From positions 7,553,220 through 7,617,219 of the forward strand of contig MU054323.1 in assembly GCA_013239625.1 (NCBI GenBank): a stretch of DNA of 64,000 nt, read 5' to 3'. Origin of the DNA: Lama guanicoe (lineage: Eukaryota). Under the pieces are notes generated by a model that ran no database searches, was not told the DNA's origin, and saw nothing but the letters and a program-made list of their open reading frames with translations. Positions 12,495 to 25,722 of the stretch are shown in pieces (within the stretch, counting starts at the first letter, position 1; the number at the start of each line of letters is the position of its first letter). The position numbers and the translations under genes were made by a program.

Positions 12495-13625
12495 CCTAAA
12501 CGTAAAAGCTAAAACTATAAAGCCCTTAGAAGAAAACAGAAGTGTAAATCTGTATTACCTTGGGTTTTGCAAAGCCTTCTTAGATACACCACCACAAGAA
12601 CAAATGACAAAAGGTACAATAGATAAACTGGACTTTCTCAAAATAAAAGGCTTTTGTGTGTCAAAGGACACCATGAAACAGTGCAAAGACAATCTACAGA
12701 ATGGGAGAAAATACTTCTAAATAATATATATGATAAGGGACATATAACCCAGGATATATAAACCACACAACAATTATAAAACAAATAACTCAAGTGAAAA
12801 ATGGGGAAAGGATTTGAGCAGACATTTCTTCAAAGAAAATGTATAGATGGCCAATAAGCACATGTGAAGATGCTCAACATGATTACTCTTAGTGGAATGT
12901 AAACCAAGGACACAATGAGATACTGTTTCACCCCGACTAGGATGGCTATAATCAAAGTCACAGGCAGTAACAAGTTTTGGTGAGGGTGTGGAGAAACCGG
13001 AACCTTGATGCTTTCTGGTAGGAATGCAAATGGTAGGAACAATTGCTCCAGAAAACAGCTTGGCAGTTCTTCAAAATGTTAGACATGAAGTTATCATATA
13101 ACCCTACAATTCTACTTCTAGGTATATACCCACACAAAAACCTACACACACATGTTCATCAGGTCTTATTCCTAATAGGCAAAAAGTGAAAACAACCCTG
13201 AACTCCATCAGCCAATGTATGGATAAACAAAATGTGGTAAATCCATCCATATGGTGGAATATTATTTAGCAATAAAAAAGAATGGAGTACATGTTATAAC
13301 ATGGATGAACCTGGAAAACATTATGGCAAGTGAAAGTAGCCAGTCACAGAAGACCACATATTACATGATTCTATACATGAAATGTCCAGAATAGGTAGGT
13401 CTATAGAAATAGACAGTAGAATAGTGGTTGCCAGGGGCTAGGGTGTTGAGGGATTGGGAAAGAACTGCTAATGGGTATGGGGTTACTTTTGAGTTGATGA
13501 AAATGTTCTGAAGTTGATTGTGGTGAAAGTTACACACTCTGTGAATGTACTAAAAACCACTAAAGTGTACACTTTAAATAGATGGATTGAAAGTGGATTA
13601 TGTCTCAGTAAATCTGGTTCTTCGA
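12495..13625 (+). mobile_element. L1MB-like ORF2 end and 3' UTR
   Basis: acctaaacgtaaaagctaaaactataaa...tgtgaatgtactaaaaaccact. Confidence 0.88.
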
Positions 13626-13629
13626 AAAA

Positions 13630-15440
13630 AGAGAGCTATAAAACCATCTTGAAAGACACAAAAATATACTTGAAAAAGACAATCCCTTGGTTTTGGTTAA
13701 AATATCTCAATATCATCAAGATGACAGTTCTTATGTTAATTTATAGATTTAACATGTTTCCCCCAAAAATACAAACAAGTTTTTATGTAGCTAGACAAAT
13801 TGATACCAAACTTCATGTGGGAAAATAAGCACTCAAGAATAGCTAGTAAAACACTAAAAATGAAGATGTATGAGAGGTGACTAGTCCCAGCAAATATTAA
13901 AACATAACACAGAGTCTCTTGAGTGAAAACAGCATGGTTCTGACACAGGAATAGGCAGACAGGTGTAACTGAATGGAAGGTACAGAAATCAACCCCGTAC
14001 ATGATTAACAGTCAATGGCTGCAGCAAAGAAGGATTTTTTAATGAGTGGTGTTGGGACAACTGGACAGCTATCCACAGCCTTACTCTGTTGGTGAGATTA
14101 CAGAAAACAAGTATTACTAGGGGGAATTAAAAATAGTACAGCTCATATGGAGCAGTACTTGGCAATATCTAATGAAACAATTGGGACACTTACCTTTCAA
14201 CCTAGCACTTTCATTTCTAGGAATTTACTCTAAAAATAACTCCAAAAATAATATGTAGCTTACATATGTAAGCTTCTTCATTGTACCATTAATTGTATTT
14301 GCAGGATATTGGAAACTACCTAAATGTCCAGACACAGAATACTGGTTGAGTAAACTGTGGGACTTATAAACAATCAGCTACTGGGGAGCAATCAAGAATA
14401 CCTTTACGAGTTGGGGGGGATAAAAAAAAGACTATCTTTATAAACTGACATGAAGTAATTGCCAGGGTCTGTTATTCAGTTATAAAAGCAAAGTACAAAA
14501 CAAATACAGTGATTAATGAAACTATGAGATGTCCATGAGATAGAACATGCCACAGCCATTAAAATCACGATGTGAAAGAATGTTTCATGTCGTGGAAAAG
14601 TACAAGACAGTATGTATCATAGGATTCAAATTTTGCTTAAAAATATGCACGAGAGACAAACAACCCAATAGAAAAAGGGGCAAAAATATAAGCAGATATC
14701 TTCCAGAAGAGCAAACACACATGGCAAGTAAACATATGAAAAGGTCCTCAATTTCATTTGTATTCAGGAAAATGCAAATTAATGCTCAGTGTTATACACC
14801 TACTAGAAAGGCAGAAGTTTTAAAGCCTGACAATTCCAAATGTCAGACAGGAGGTCGATCAGATGGGAACTCTTCTGCATCAATGTTGGGAATGTAAATC
14901 GGTGCATCTGTTTTGGCAATGCCTCATAAAGGTGAACGCTGCATACTTTATATCCAACAATTTCACCCCAAAGACTCTCTCGACATTGCATCAAGAGACA
15001 AGTACAAGCACTAGTTATATTGGCAAACTGCTAAGAACAAGCCAACTGTCCAGCAAGAAAAGGAGGAGTAAATAGTGTATATCTCCACAATGGAAATATT
15101 AAACAGCAGCGAAAAGGAAAAAAACTGTATCTCCATCAACAACATGGATAAAGTGAACCAACGTATTTTTTAAGTAAAAAAAGCAGGAGACATAGGAGTA
15201 TAGTACGAGCCCCACTTTTATGCTTAGAATCAAGTAAAGCCAAACAATTTGTAAAATTACTTTTATAAAGCAAGGAAATAATAAATCCCAACTTCAAGGA
15301 AATAGTTACCCTGTGGGAGGAAACAGTGGGCTGAGAGAGCACTTCGGTAAGTGATGTTATTGTCAATTATTCGTGATGTTTTATTTCTTGGTGCGTGTGT
15401 GTATGTGTGTGATGTTAATGTATTTTTGTGTATATCAAAT
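13630..15440 (+). mobile_element. Degraded L1ME-like fragments
   Basis: atttatagatttaacatgtttcccc; aaacatatgaaaaggtcctcaatttcatt. Confidence 0.65.
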
Positions 15441-15472
15441 ATCATATTTTTAAAAGATAATGGGAAAGAGTT

Positions 15473-15478
<6 letters not shown>

Positions 15479-15514
<36 letters not shown>
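15479..15514 (+). repeat. (TG)18 microsatellite
   Basis: Uninterrupted TG run. Confidence 0.95.
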
Positions 15515-15516
<2 letters not shown>

Positions 15517-16869
15517 GCGCTCCCTAAATAAAAGAATGGAAGATTATAAATCAAAATATTAGCAGAGATGATCTCTGAGTGGTAGGATTAGGAGTGATTT
15601 TCATTTTCTTTGTTTATATTTTCAAAATACCTGAAATGAACATGTACCTCTTTGAAAACTGGAAAAAGTACTTTAAAAAAATCTGTAATAGAACCTGTCA
15701 CATTTTCATTCTGCAGTCAAACATTCAAGTCTTAATTTCCATGATTATAAATGATCTGGGGCAGAGGTACGCCACAGAACCTCCAAGGTCATTTGCAACA
15801 CCAGGTTTGGCCAGGTAGCGATCTGACAGTGGCAGAAATAAAGCTGCAGCAGGATGTAAAGAGCTGCGTAGGAGGGCAGGCACCTGCCGGCTGAGTGTCA
15901 TGTGGGCAACAGGAAGGTAATAATGACTCAAAGAAAATAATTTAATGAACCTGAAACCACTCCCTGAAGTCATGGGTCTACTCTCCTGCCCCCCAGCCCC
16001 CAGCCAAAACTCCCAATAACATGCAGATAAGAATACTGGGAACAAAATATCACAATCCCATCCTTGTATCAAATTATAGTAAATTGACACCATAATGTGT
16101 GTCATTCTGTTCTCTGGCACTTACAGATGATATAACAGGACTGGAAAGAGGCCCGGAGAGAATAATTAAAACGGCAAGCAGAAAACATGTCCTTTACATA
16201 ACGACGAGTAAAAACCAAACCCTGGCCTTCAGAGGATGGTGAGAGCTTAGACGTGATGTGCCTAGGATGTGCGTAGTTGGAACCCACATACAGTCACCAA
16301 ATCTTAGAATGCCAGCACTAAAAGCAGCTAGTGGTGATTGAAAGAGGAAGATTTGGAAGAAATAAATAGGGAATTGCTATTTTGCACAGTGAATAGCAAT
16401 GTGTAAATCCTTCCCTCCAGAAGCTGAGTCATTGGTTCTCAGTCTTATCCACACGGCATGATGGTGACGTAGAACACAAGTTGGGAGGCCCTGGCTGGGG
16501 ATAGGATGACCAGGAAGAGGGGCAGTGCTGGGACAGGACTCTCCCACGCTCCCTAGCATCTTGTGGATTCTGAGAGTCTGTGACTACCTGTATGGAAAAC
16601 CTTTATGAATGAAACCTTCTACGATTAGTATCATGGACAGCAGTACTGCTCTTCCACAAAACTGTGCTTTGGTGTCACGATGAAGATTGCACTGGACTGG
16701 ACAGTCCATGATGGTATTTTCTGTGGGCTTGTGATGGCAGGCGTGATCTATTCTGTCATAGTGTGGAAAGCTTAGGAGGCCAGAGGCTAAATGATCCCCC
16801 AAAAGATCCTCAAGAATAACCCCAAGACTATAACTCAGTTAAAAATTTTTTTTAAAAATGACCCCAAGA

Positions 16870-17094
16870 GTTTAGCAGATACGAACTAGTATAGACAGAA
16901 TAGATAAACAACAAGGACCTACTGTGTGGCATAGGGAGCTATATTCAATAGCTTGTAATAACCTTTAATGAAAAAGAATATATACATATGACTGAATTAC
17001 TGTGCTGCACATCAGAAACTGACACATTATAAATCAACTATATTTCAATTGAAAAAAATTTTTAAAAATACTAAAAAGTGAAAAAAAAAAAGAG
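16870..17094 (+). mobile_element. 5'-truncated artiodactyl-type L1 3' end
   Basis: ataaacaacaaggacctactgtgtggcatagggagctatattcaat, followed by poly(A); flanked by aa(a/g)aat(g/t)accccaaga. Confidence 0.88.
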
Positions 17095-17249
17095 AAGAAT
17101 TACCCCAAGAAGGCAAGCCAGAGGCCACAGTCTCCAAAATCTCCTAGGGTTTGCTAGTTCATTATTTATGTGATACTTTCAGATACCCCCAAAGATCAAC
17201 AAATTCTGTGTTGACTAAACTTTCTAAACTGGGTCAAGATTAATAATTT

Positions 17250-17393
17250 CGGCTGTTCTCAATCTGGCTGCAGGCCAATCACCCGGTGTGCTTTTGAAAA
17301 AAATTCCAACATCTGGGACCCACCCTGAATGAACTGAATTTTTTTAAAGTGCCCCCAAGCGATATGAGGCGTAGCTGAAGTGGAGAACCACTG
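17250..17393. mobile_element. MER5-like DNA transposon
   Basis: gttctcaatctggctgca...gagaaccactg. Confidence 0.7.
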
Positions 17394-19424
17394 AGCTTCT
17401 CCACTGGTTAAAGTTAATTATTCAAAGAGGTTCTGGTTGTAGGAAGAGTGCAAAGGACACTGGCCAACAAGCTAGGCTGGAAGGAAGAAGGCACTTCTGC
17501 CCGCTCGCTGGTGCCCACACGTGCTTGAACACCATCCAATCTGCCCGGGTGCTGAGGGGAGAGGGAGGCTGAGCTGCTTTACATTCCAGAAGGTACCAGG
17601 CAGCTTTGGGCTTTGGAAATGGAAGTTTCTCGGCTCCGTGTGTTCATGTGAGGAAGGAAAGACAAGAGAGCTATGCGGTCCCCACTTCTGTGTCCCTCCT
17701 CAGAGCCAGAGAGAAGGATGCGGGAGGCCCACAGCCCCCAGGAACAGAAAAGCACTTTCTTGTCGCTCAGGCTGAGCTATTCCATCTTTTTGTGCTTCTC
17801 AACACGTGCCGAAGTCCCTGTTCTGGGGTTAAGTCTTCTGCTCAGTTATGTTCCTCATCTCAGCATCTCAGCGCTCAGGAGCAGTCCAGGGCCTTTTCTT
17901 GTTCCCCATAAGGAATTCCTTTAGGGCCTGGATCAGCACCACTGAGTGCTTCTTGGACCTACTCAGGGGCCTCTGTGGCTCCATCTCATGTCGTATTAAA
18001 GGTGCTTCCAGGATAGATCAGAAACACCATATGCCTAGAAAATTCCTCCTCTACCTCACGTTGGTATTTTTCCATCTTTTACGAAAATGCAGGAGCAATG
18101 AGCCCAAATTGCAAAAGGGAAAAATATCACCCAGTTGGAACTGGAGGGGCCACCAGAGCTGCAGCAAATCATGTGGAACACGGGGGAACCCAGTAGCACC
18201 CTCCCTGCTGGCAATTCCCCAGCACTGCTGCACAGAGCTCTGCGCCCCCCGGGGCAGCCATCACACCGCCTTTACTTCTCTCTTAAATTGGCAGCACCAG
18301 CTCTTCAATTGTTTCAACTGCAAAACCACTTCAGTGTAAGGTGAGGGAATATCCAAAATCAAACTTCATCCACAGAGGCACCCTCAGGTACCCAGGCGAC
18401 CCACTGGGAACAAACAGTTGGATTTGATTTGCTCGGGTTTTGAAAGGCACATCTATCACCTCATTTATTCCCCAACCTGCTTCTTTTCCTGCCTCCACGG
18501 TCTGCTTACTCTCTCCACGCGTCAGATGCTAATGTCTTACCTCATTCATTTGATTTCATACCTTCACTGTCTCCATCAAGGTCTGTCCGCATCCTGTTTC
18601 AAGGTCCAACTCAACCTTCACCTTCTCTAAGGAGACTCCTTCCTTAGACTGAACTTCACTCTATTCTGACCACTTCTATGTTGTATCCCCTTCAAGTTCA
18701 GGCCCAGGTGTAGTGCACGGATTTTTGCACATATGGACAAGTTGCTTAGTGAGTAGTTTGGGTTGTTTCGTATGGGCCCATTCTGTTTTCTCAAATAGAT
18801 CTCAAGTTCCTCAAACCTGGGACTCATGGTCAGAACACAGGATGATTAAGAGCCTTGAGTGATGAGAGGGAGGCCTCGGGTTTGGGTTGGGCCTCAGAGG
18901 GTCTGCACCTGCCTGGGGTGCAGGTGCTGAGTGTGATTATGACAGAAAAGACTTTTCTTGATATTAAGACTAACACCTTCCCACCTGTCAACATCCTTTC
19001 ATGACTTTACAGAAAACTGGAAAAGTCACAGACTGGAGGGGATTCAGAACCCGTGCAGTTCTTTAGGTCCTCGGTGAGAAACATCAAGGAGGAAGCCCTT
19101 GCCAGCCCTACACAAACCACCGTGCCCTGGGCTGTGTTGCTGGGACTCTGTCCCTAGCAGCTCGTACTGGCTGAACCCTTGCTGTGCTGGGCTGTGAAAT
19201 GGAAAGTGAGATGGAAAACAGACCTGGCATTCTCTGCTTCAAGCAGCTTGCAGATGGCAAGTGAATTATATGGAAATGACTATGTTTCAAGAGAAACTAC
19301 ATTAAGGGTATTTTGATAAAGGTTCAAAGTGCTGAAAGAGCCCAAAGGAGAGACTCATTCAGTCTAAAGGCATGGTTTGGTGGCCCGGAAGTGAAAGCCC
19401 CCACGGTGTGGTAGACTGTAAATG

Positions 19425-21325
19425 CTGGTCCCCATGGTGTGTGGTGGACCTTAAGCAGTGGTCCCTAGTGAATCATGCCTCACGGTACACATGCTCTTGT
19501 GTCTTCCCCTCCCACACTGACTAACTAGGCTGTGAGACTTGCACTGGCCAGTGGGACAATGGCACTTATCACGCAACCAAAGGCTTGATGATCCTTGCAC
19601 TTGAAGGCTGCGCTCTTGGAACATTGCCCTGTGAGCACCATAGAAGGAAGCAAATGTAGCCTGATGGGAGATGAGAGGCCATGTGGAGGAAAACCGAGGC
19701 ACCCCAGCTGTTGGCCTGCACCTCTTCCTGGGCATGTGAGTGAGGCCATCTTGGTCATTCTAGTCCAGTTGACCTTATAGTGAAAGTGCAGCCACATGAG
19801 GGGGCCCTGGTGACACCTGCAGAGGAGCCTCTCAGCTGTCCTGCAGAATTGAGAGAAATAATGCATTAATATTTTTAAAGATTTGGGGTGATTTTTACTC
19901 AGGAATAGGTAGTATACAGAAAACAATACCCAGAAGGAAGTGGCGCTGGAACAAAAACACACGGCGTGCGGCACTGGCTCCAGACTGCGTGGCAAACGGA
20001 GGCAGGCAGGGAGGCAAGGAGGCCGCAGCGCAGGCCAGAGGTTTGGGGGGCACTTCGGAGGCTGGAAAGACAGCCACCTGTGTCTCACAGCCGTGAAACA
20101 ATGACAGGAGTGAAAGCAGTCCTGCGCACTGTCACCTGCAGGAACTTGAAAGATGGAAAACATACTTAATGAACTTGTGACTCTGGCTCAGGAAATCTCC
20201 AGGCAGAATGTTAAAGGTGTAAATTGTCTTTTTTAGCAGCTTTAACCATAAGGTGAGGGAAGGAGGAACTGTGCAGTTTGCAAGTAGAATTTAGAAGAAC
20301 ACGGAAGGTCGGGTGTGTGCTAGGTTCCAAAATTAATGTTTCATTTTTCTAGTCTGTCTGCCCGACAAAAGAATCTCAGAATAAGATATGGTTTCAGAGT
20401 GAAGATAAATTAAGCTCAAGGCTGTAACTCTTTGTTAAGACCTTAGGAAAATTTAAGGTGGTGCCTGGTAGACCCTCTCACTTAGGAAAAGGGGTTTTAA
20501 AAAATTATTATATTTTTTTAATGGTGGTACAGGGGATTAGACTCAGGACCTCGTGCCTGCTAAGCACACGCTCTACCACTGAGCTGTACCCCACTTGAAA
20601 AGGGAGCTTTTAAGAATCCCAAGGTCATTGCCCCACACAGCTGTTCAACACGCCACCCTCGTGTGTTGGGTATAGAGAGAGAAGGGGGTGCTTTATCGTT
20701 TCACTTCACCAATCCTTGGATCAAGATGAACCATCTGAGGAACCACACCTGAGGAGCCCCTCGCACCACTCAACCCAATTCAGGTCACGAGGCCCTGCAC
20801 TGTGAGCCTGGGATCATGATGGATGAGATTCGAGGGCCCTGGGAGGGGTGAGGGTGTTTTGCCTGTGGGAGGGACATGAAGCATTTGTGATAGAGGGAGA
20901 ATTGTCTACGTTGTTGGAGTGATGACCCAATGCAATGCATCATGCCTCCCCATGTACATCCCACGTGCATCTTCTTCTCCCGTGGACTCTGAGCTCGGCC
21001 TTGTGGTTTGCTCTGGCCAATGGGACAGTGGCTCACATGGACAACTAGAGGCTGGATGAGCACTTGCATGCTAAAACATTGCCCTGAGACTGCCATGGAA
21101 GGAGACCGGTCTGGCCACACGAGGGAGAACCAAAGTGCCCAGATGTTAGCCAACAGCTGCTGGATGTCTCAGACCATCAGCCCTGCCTACCCCATGCTGA
21201 GTGAAGCCTTTCTGGCCAGACCAGCAGAGGACCACTCAGCCAGTCCAGAGAATTGTGGGAAATTATACTGTTTAAGTAAAAAGTTTCAGGATGACTTTGT
21301 TAGGTAGCAATAGATAACTCGTACA
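19425..21325 (+). mobile_element. MLT1-type MaLR proviral remnant (LTR ~19425-19920, internal ~19920-20900, LTR ~20902-21325)
   Basis: Two related LTRs (tgtggtagactg...aggtagtataca; tgt...taggtagcaatagataactcgtaca); purine tract agagggagaat before the second LTR. Confidence 0.75.
20510..20592 (-). mobile_element. Camelid Vic-1-like SINE (short form)
   Basis: caggacctcgtgcctgctaagcacacgctctaccactgagctgtacccc. Confidence 0.85.
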
Positions 21326-22299
21326 CAGGAAAATTGAAAAAAGCCTTCTTGGAGAAGCTTGTACTTGAAGCTCAGAGATGGTGAGCACATAGAGAACCTG
21401 GGCAAGGTTCCTCCCGGCACCGCAAGAGAAAGAGGGAGAGTAAGCAAGGCATGGATGGAGGGCGGGGGACAAGGCATGGCAGGCCACTTCATGCTCAACA
21501 TGCCACAGTCTGCAGGAAATACTCCAAGAGGGAGGGAAGGAGCCCCTTTCAGAAAACAGCACCTGTAAATCTTTCACTAGTCAACACAGGTCTTGGCTTA
21601 GCCGTGGGATCTTAAAGGTCCAGAGCCTCCCCACTTCTACTGCCCAAATGCACACCATGGAAGAGACTGTCAGGGAAGTGGTGGCCAGAGGACAGACATG
21701 CTGTCACATCTCTGCTGAGCAGTCATGGGAAATAAACAAACACCCAAACTGCACCAGCTGGGCTGGGTGGAAAGCGCAGAGGACCGGAGGCCCTCAGATT
21801 CAGGCTTACTGTATGTGACGTGCTAGTGTTTTCAAACTCTGCACCCATGAACGCTGCACCTAATTCCTCTGGGTCTCATGTCTTCATTTGTAAAATGAGC
21901 AGATGTCCTCCAGCTCTGAAAGTCTAAGGCTCCAGGATGAGATTCTAATGCATAAATAAATATGCAAATGCCTCCCACATAATAAGCAGTTAAATATGTG
22001 TTGATCTGAGACAGTATTAGCAATCAAATGGTCTATGGTAGCACTGAAATACTATTATCTGTAACTCGCCACAACTCTTTGGAAAGCAGTATGGGAATAA
22101 GAATCTGGAGTCATAAAAATGTTTATCCTTTGACTTTGTAATCCCATTCTTAGGTAGGAGGAAGAGAGAGACAGACAGACAGAGAGAATTATGCTGCAAG
22201 GCAGAGTATTTAAAAGTCAGGAAACCAATGCTACCAAAGTCAGGAAGAGGAAAAGATCATGTCCAGCCAGAAGGATCACATGTACTGGGTCTTAAAGGA

Positions 22300-23640
22300 T
22301 GGGTATTGTTGGAGATGATAACTGGGGAAGGCATTTCAGACTGAGTAGCTAGTGGAAGCCAAAAGGCAAAGATGCGAAAGCCCTGGGGCACTGAGGCAGT
22401 GGTGAGCAGTCCGGTTAAGCTGGACAGGGGACACACAGCGAGGACAGTGGGAGATCTAGTGGGAAGAGAGGTTGCATCCAGGAGGGGCCTTACCGTGCAT
22501 GGTCTGCCTGGCTGTGCTTTAGAATAATGCACAGTGACAGGAGCGAAGGGAAGGCATTTCAGGCTGAGTAGCTAGTGGAAGCCAAAAGGCAAAGATGCAA
22601 AAGCCCTGGGGCACTGAGGCAGTGGTGAGCAGTCCGGTTAAGCTGTACAGGGGCACACAGCGAGGACAGTGGGAAATCTAGTGGGAAGAGAGGTTGCATC
22701 CAGGAGGGGCCTTACCATGCATGGTCTGCCTGGCTGTGCTTTAGAATAATGCACAGTGACAGGAGCGTGGAGATTCAGAGAAGGGAAGACAAGAAGCAAG
22801 CAGCTAGGCAAGGGAGGGATGGTGGGAGCTTGATTGGACTGGGGTTTCAGCAGCTCGACCAAAGGGAAAAGATGGGGTGAGGGACCTGCAGGAACAGGAC
22901 TGGTGGGATTTGGTGACTGACTTGTGTTGGCAGGAGGAAGGAGTCATGAATAACTCCAGGGCTTAAAGCCTGGGAGACAGTACTGGGGATGCTGACAACA
23001 GAGACAGGAAACCAGGTGGAATGGGCTGGAGCAGGGAGGGAAAGCAAAGGGTCTAGCCCAGGATGCGGTGACTTAAATGCAAGTGACCATGTCCAACAAG
23101 CAGGTGGACATTAGGTGTGAGCTTGTTAGAGCAGTCAGGGCTAGATTTGAGAACCAGCTGTGGAGAGGTAGACGTGTCCAAGAAGAGAGCTGGGGGCAGA
23201 AACTTAGGGAACCATGTGTAGGCATCGAAGGAGGAGAAGCGAATGACCGAGAAAACTGGCAGACCAGAGGGAAAGGAGGGAACACGGTCCTGAGGGCTTG
23301 GATGACTAGTGTCGACTGAGATGGAGCAGGGGGTTAGGGGTCGGGAGGTCTCAAAATGAGTTGAGGCTGGAGCAAAAGCCAGACTGGAAGGAACAGAGAG
23401 CAGGGACACAGGGTGAGGACAAACTTGGATAACTTTTTCATTATGTTTGGTGGTAGGGAGAAGAGAGGTGGGGGGAGCAACCTGAATGGGTTGGTAGGGT
23501 CAAGGGAAAGTGTTTTTTAGTGTGTACAACTTTGAGCATGTTTGTAGGTAAGAAGATGTGGATAAAAGAACAACTGAGCATCAATGCCCTAGAGAAGAGT
23601 GCTCTAGGGCACTGGTGAGGTCAGCTCTATCCAAAGAGAG
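22300..23640 (-). mobile_element. L2 LINE fragment
   Basis: aggaggaaggagtcatgaataactccaggg...caagcaggtggacattagg...gtcgactgagatgg. Confidence 0.7.
22325..22767 (+). repeat. Tandem duplication of ~221 bp (22325-22545 and 22548-22767)
   Basis: Two near-identical copies; I count 5 substitutions and 1 single-base indel. Confidence 0.95.
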
Positions 23641-24434
23641 ACAGTTGATCCTCCAGGCAATGCTGTTTAAAATTTTCTTAATAGAAACTTTCCTTCAGAC
23701 AAACTTTATTCAGAACCCGTAAATATACATTCATTGGTGCTGGGTTGAAATAAAGGATGGTCATTAGAAGCTGCTCACAGCCCTGGAGCATCAGCTCTGA
23801 GCAAAACATAAAGGGCGGGTGGAGACCAGATGGAGAAGAATGTAATGAAGTTAGTAAGGAGCAAGGGAGATATTTTGCTGTGGGCATGACACGGATGTTG
23901 AGTAAACGGCAAGCTTAAAGAAAGCAGAAAGAATTGGGAAGAGTCACAATGAAAACTGATTCCATTTGAGCTGGGAAACATGGGATTTCCAAGCAGCACA
24001 GAAGTCCCTGATGAGTTTGAGAGCATGAATCAGAGGTGCCTCCAGCTGGCACGCAGATTTCCCGGCAAAGTTGGCAGAAGCAGAAGCAGCACATGACGGT
24101 GATCATCCAGGCTGGGGGCTGACACACGTCTAACTAATGGAAGGCTGGGACAGTAGGGGATCTCAAGAGCTTCCAAGGACATGCGAGTGAGGGAGAGAGA
24201 GAGAGGAGAGAGAGAGCAAGCGCGTGAGCGCGGGCCGGGGGCAGCCTTTTCTGGGGTCTCCTATTTGCCAAGCCAGACAACAGGGCTTCTTCTTGCATTT
24301 GCGGCTGTTTTCCCTCGGCTGCTATCAGTGGGACACAAGGGTGCTTTAAAGGACAGGACACTACTAACTTGGAACTGAGATTTTCAGTGAGATTTTTGTT
24401 AATTTTTTAAATTTTCAGTTAACCAAACTTGACA

Positions 24435-24960
24435 GGAAATTGACCTAATTGACCTTTTTAGCCATTTTTAAGTGTATAGTTTTGTGGCATTAAGTACATT
24501 CACATTATCGTGCAACCATCACCACCGTCCATCTCTGAAAGTTTTCCATCATCCCCCTCCGAAAGTTTGTACCCATTAAGCACTGACGCTCCGTTACTCC
24601 CTCCCTCCAGCCCCAGTAACAACTATACTACTTTCTGTCTCCCTGAATTTGACTACTCTAGGAATCTTATTAAGTGAAACTATGCAACGTTTGTCTCTTT
24701 GTGTCTGGCTTATTTCACTTAGCATGATGTCCTCAGGGTTCAGCCATGCTGTAGCGTGTGTCAGGATTTCCTTCCTTTTTATTCCATTGAATCCGTGCAC
24801 ATTTTGTTTGTCCATTCATTAGTGAATGGACACTTGCGTTGTTTCCACCTTTTTGACTCTTGTGAATCATGCTGCTGTAGCTATTGGGATAGAAATACCA
24901 GCACAGTTCCTGTTTTCAGTTCTTTTGGGTATATACCAAGAAGAGGAGCTGTCCATAGTA
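24435..24960 (-). mobile_element. L1MA/MB-like 3' end
   Basis: gcattaagtacattcacattatcgtgcaaccatcaccacc...ttttgggtatatacc. Confidence 0.88.
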
Positions 24961-25424
24961 TGTTTTTTTACATGATATACATAATTGAATGAAAATAGAC
25001 CAATGCAACTTTGACCAGAAAGGGTGGTACAGACATGGGAAAGCTTGGGTCAAGGAGACCTGGGCACCAACACCTCTGCCTGGACAGGGCAGGATGGCAT
25101 TCCAGACACTCGGCCCTACCCATTTCTGAAGCCCTAGGTTGGGATTCTGGTCAGTCTTTTAGGACTCAAGGCCTGATGCTAGAACACTTGGCTGTTTTAA
25201 TTTGGGGGAAGAAAGGAGCCATGCCAACCTTCCAAAGCACTGTTCCTGGTAGACAAACACCCACACACAGACAGTTATGTGAAGCAGGAAGTTCACCAAC
25301 AGCTGTGATTGGGCACAGACGATAAGAACAGAGCTGGTCATTGGTAAAAGATAATAATAATAATAAAGCCAAGTTTTAGTGAGGCACCCTAGACTTTCCT
25401 TTCTGGTACTATTTGTAATCAAAG

Positions 25425-25722
25425 CACAGACTTTGGAGTCAAGACAGCCTTCTGTTCAAATCTGTGCTCCACTGGTCTTAGCTCTGTTGGGCAGGTCATG
25501 TTACCTCCTCGATTCTCAGTTTTCTAATCTATAAACTTGGTAGCTACAGGGATTAAATAAGTGCTTCACAGGGGAGGGTATAGCTCAGTAGTAGAGTGCT
25601 TGCTTAGCTTGCACAAGGTCCTGGGTTCAATCCCCAGTACCTACATTAAAATAAATAAACTTAAAAAAAAGAAGAATAAGTGCTTCACACAGAATGTAGA
25701 GCACAGCAGACCATCAGTAAAC
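25425..25722 (+). mobile_element. MIR interrupted by a SINE
   Basis: agactttggagtcaagacagc...ctcagttttctaatctataaa...tcagtaaacgtcag. Confidence 0.75.
25571..25674 (+). mobile_element. Camelid Vic-1-like SINE
   Basis: ggggagggtatagctcagtagtagag...; perfect 15-bp TSD aataagtgcttcaca at 25556-25570 and 25675-25689. Confidence 0.92.

Noticed and set aside
17521..20163. ORFs of 100-212 aa in intergenic DNA
   Set aside because: No recognisable homology or exon structure; the longest lies inside the MLT1 element
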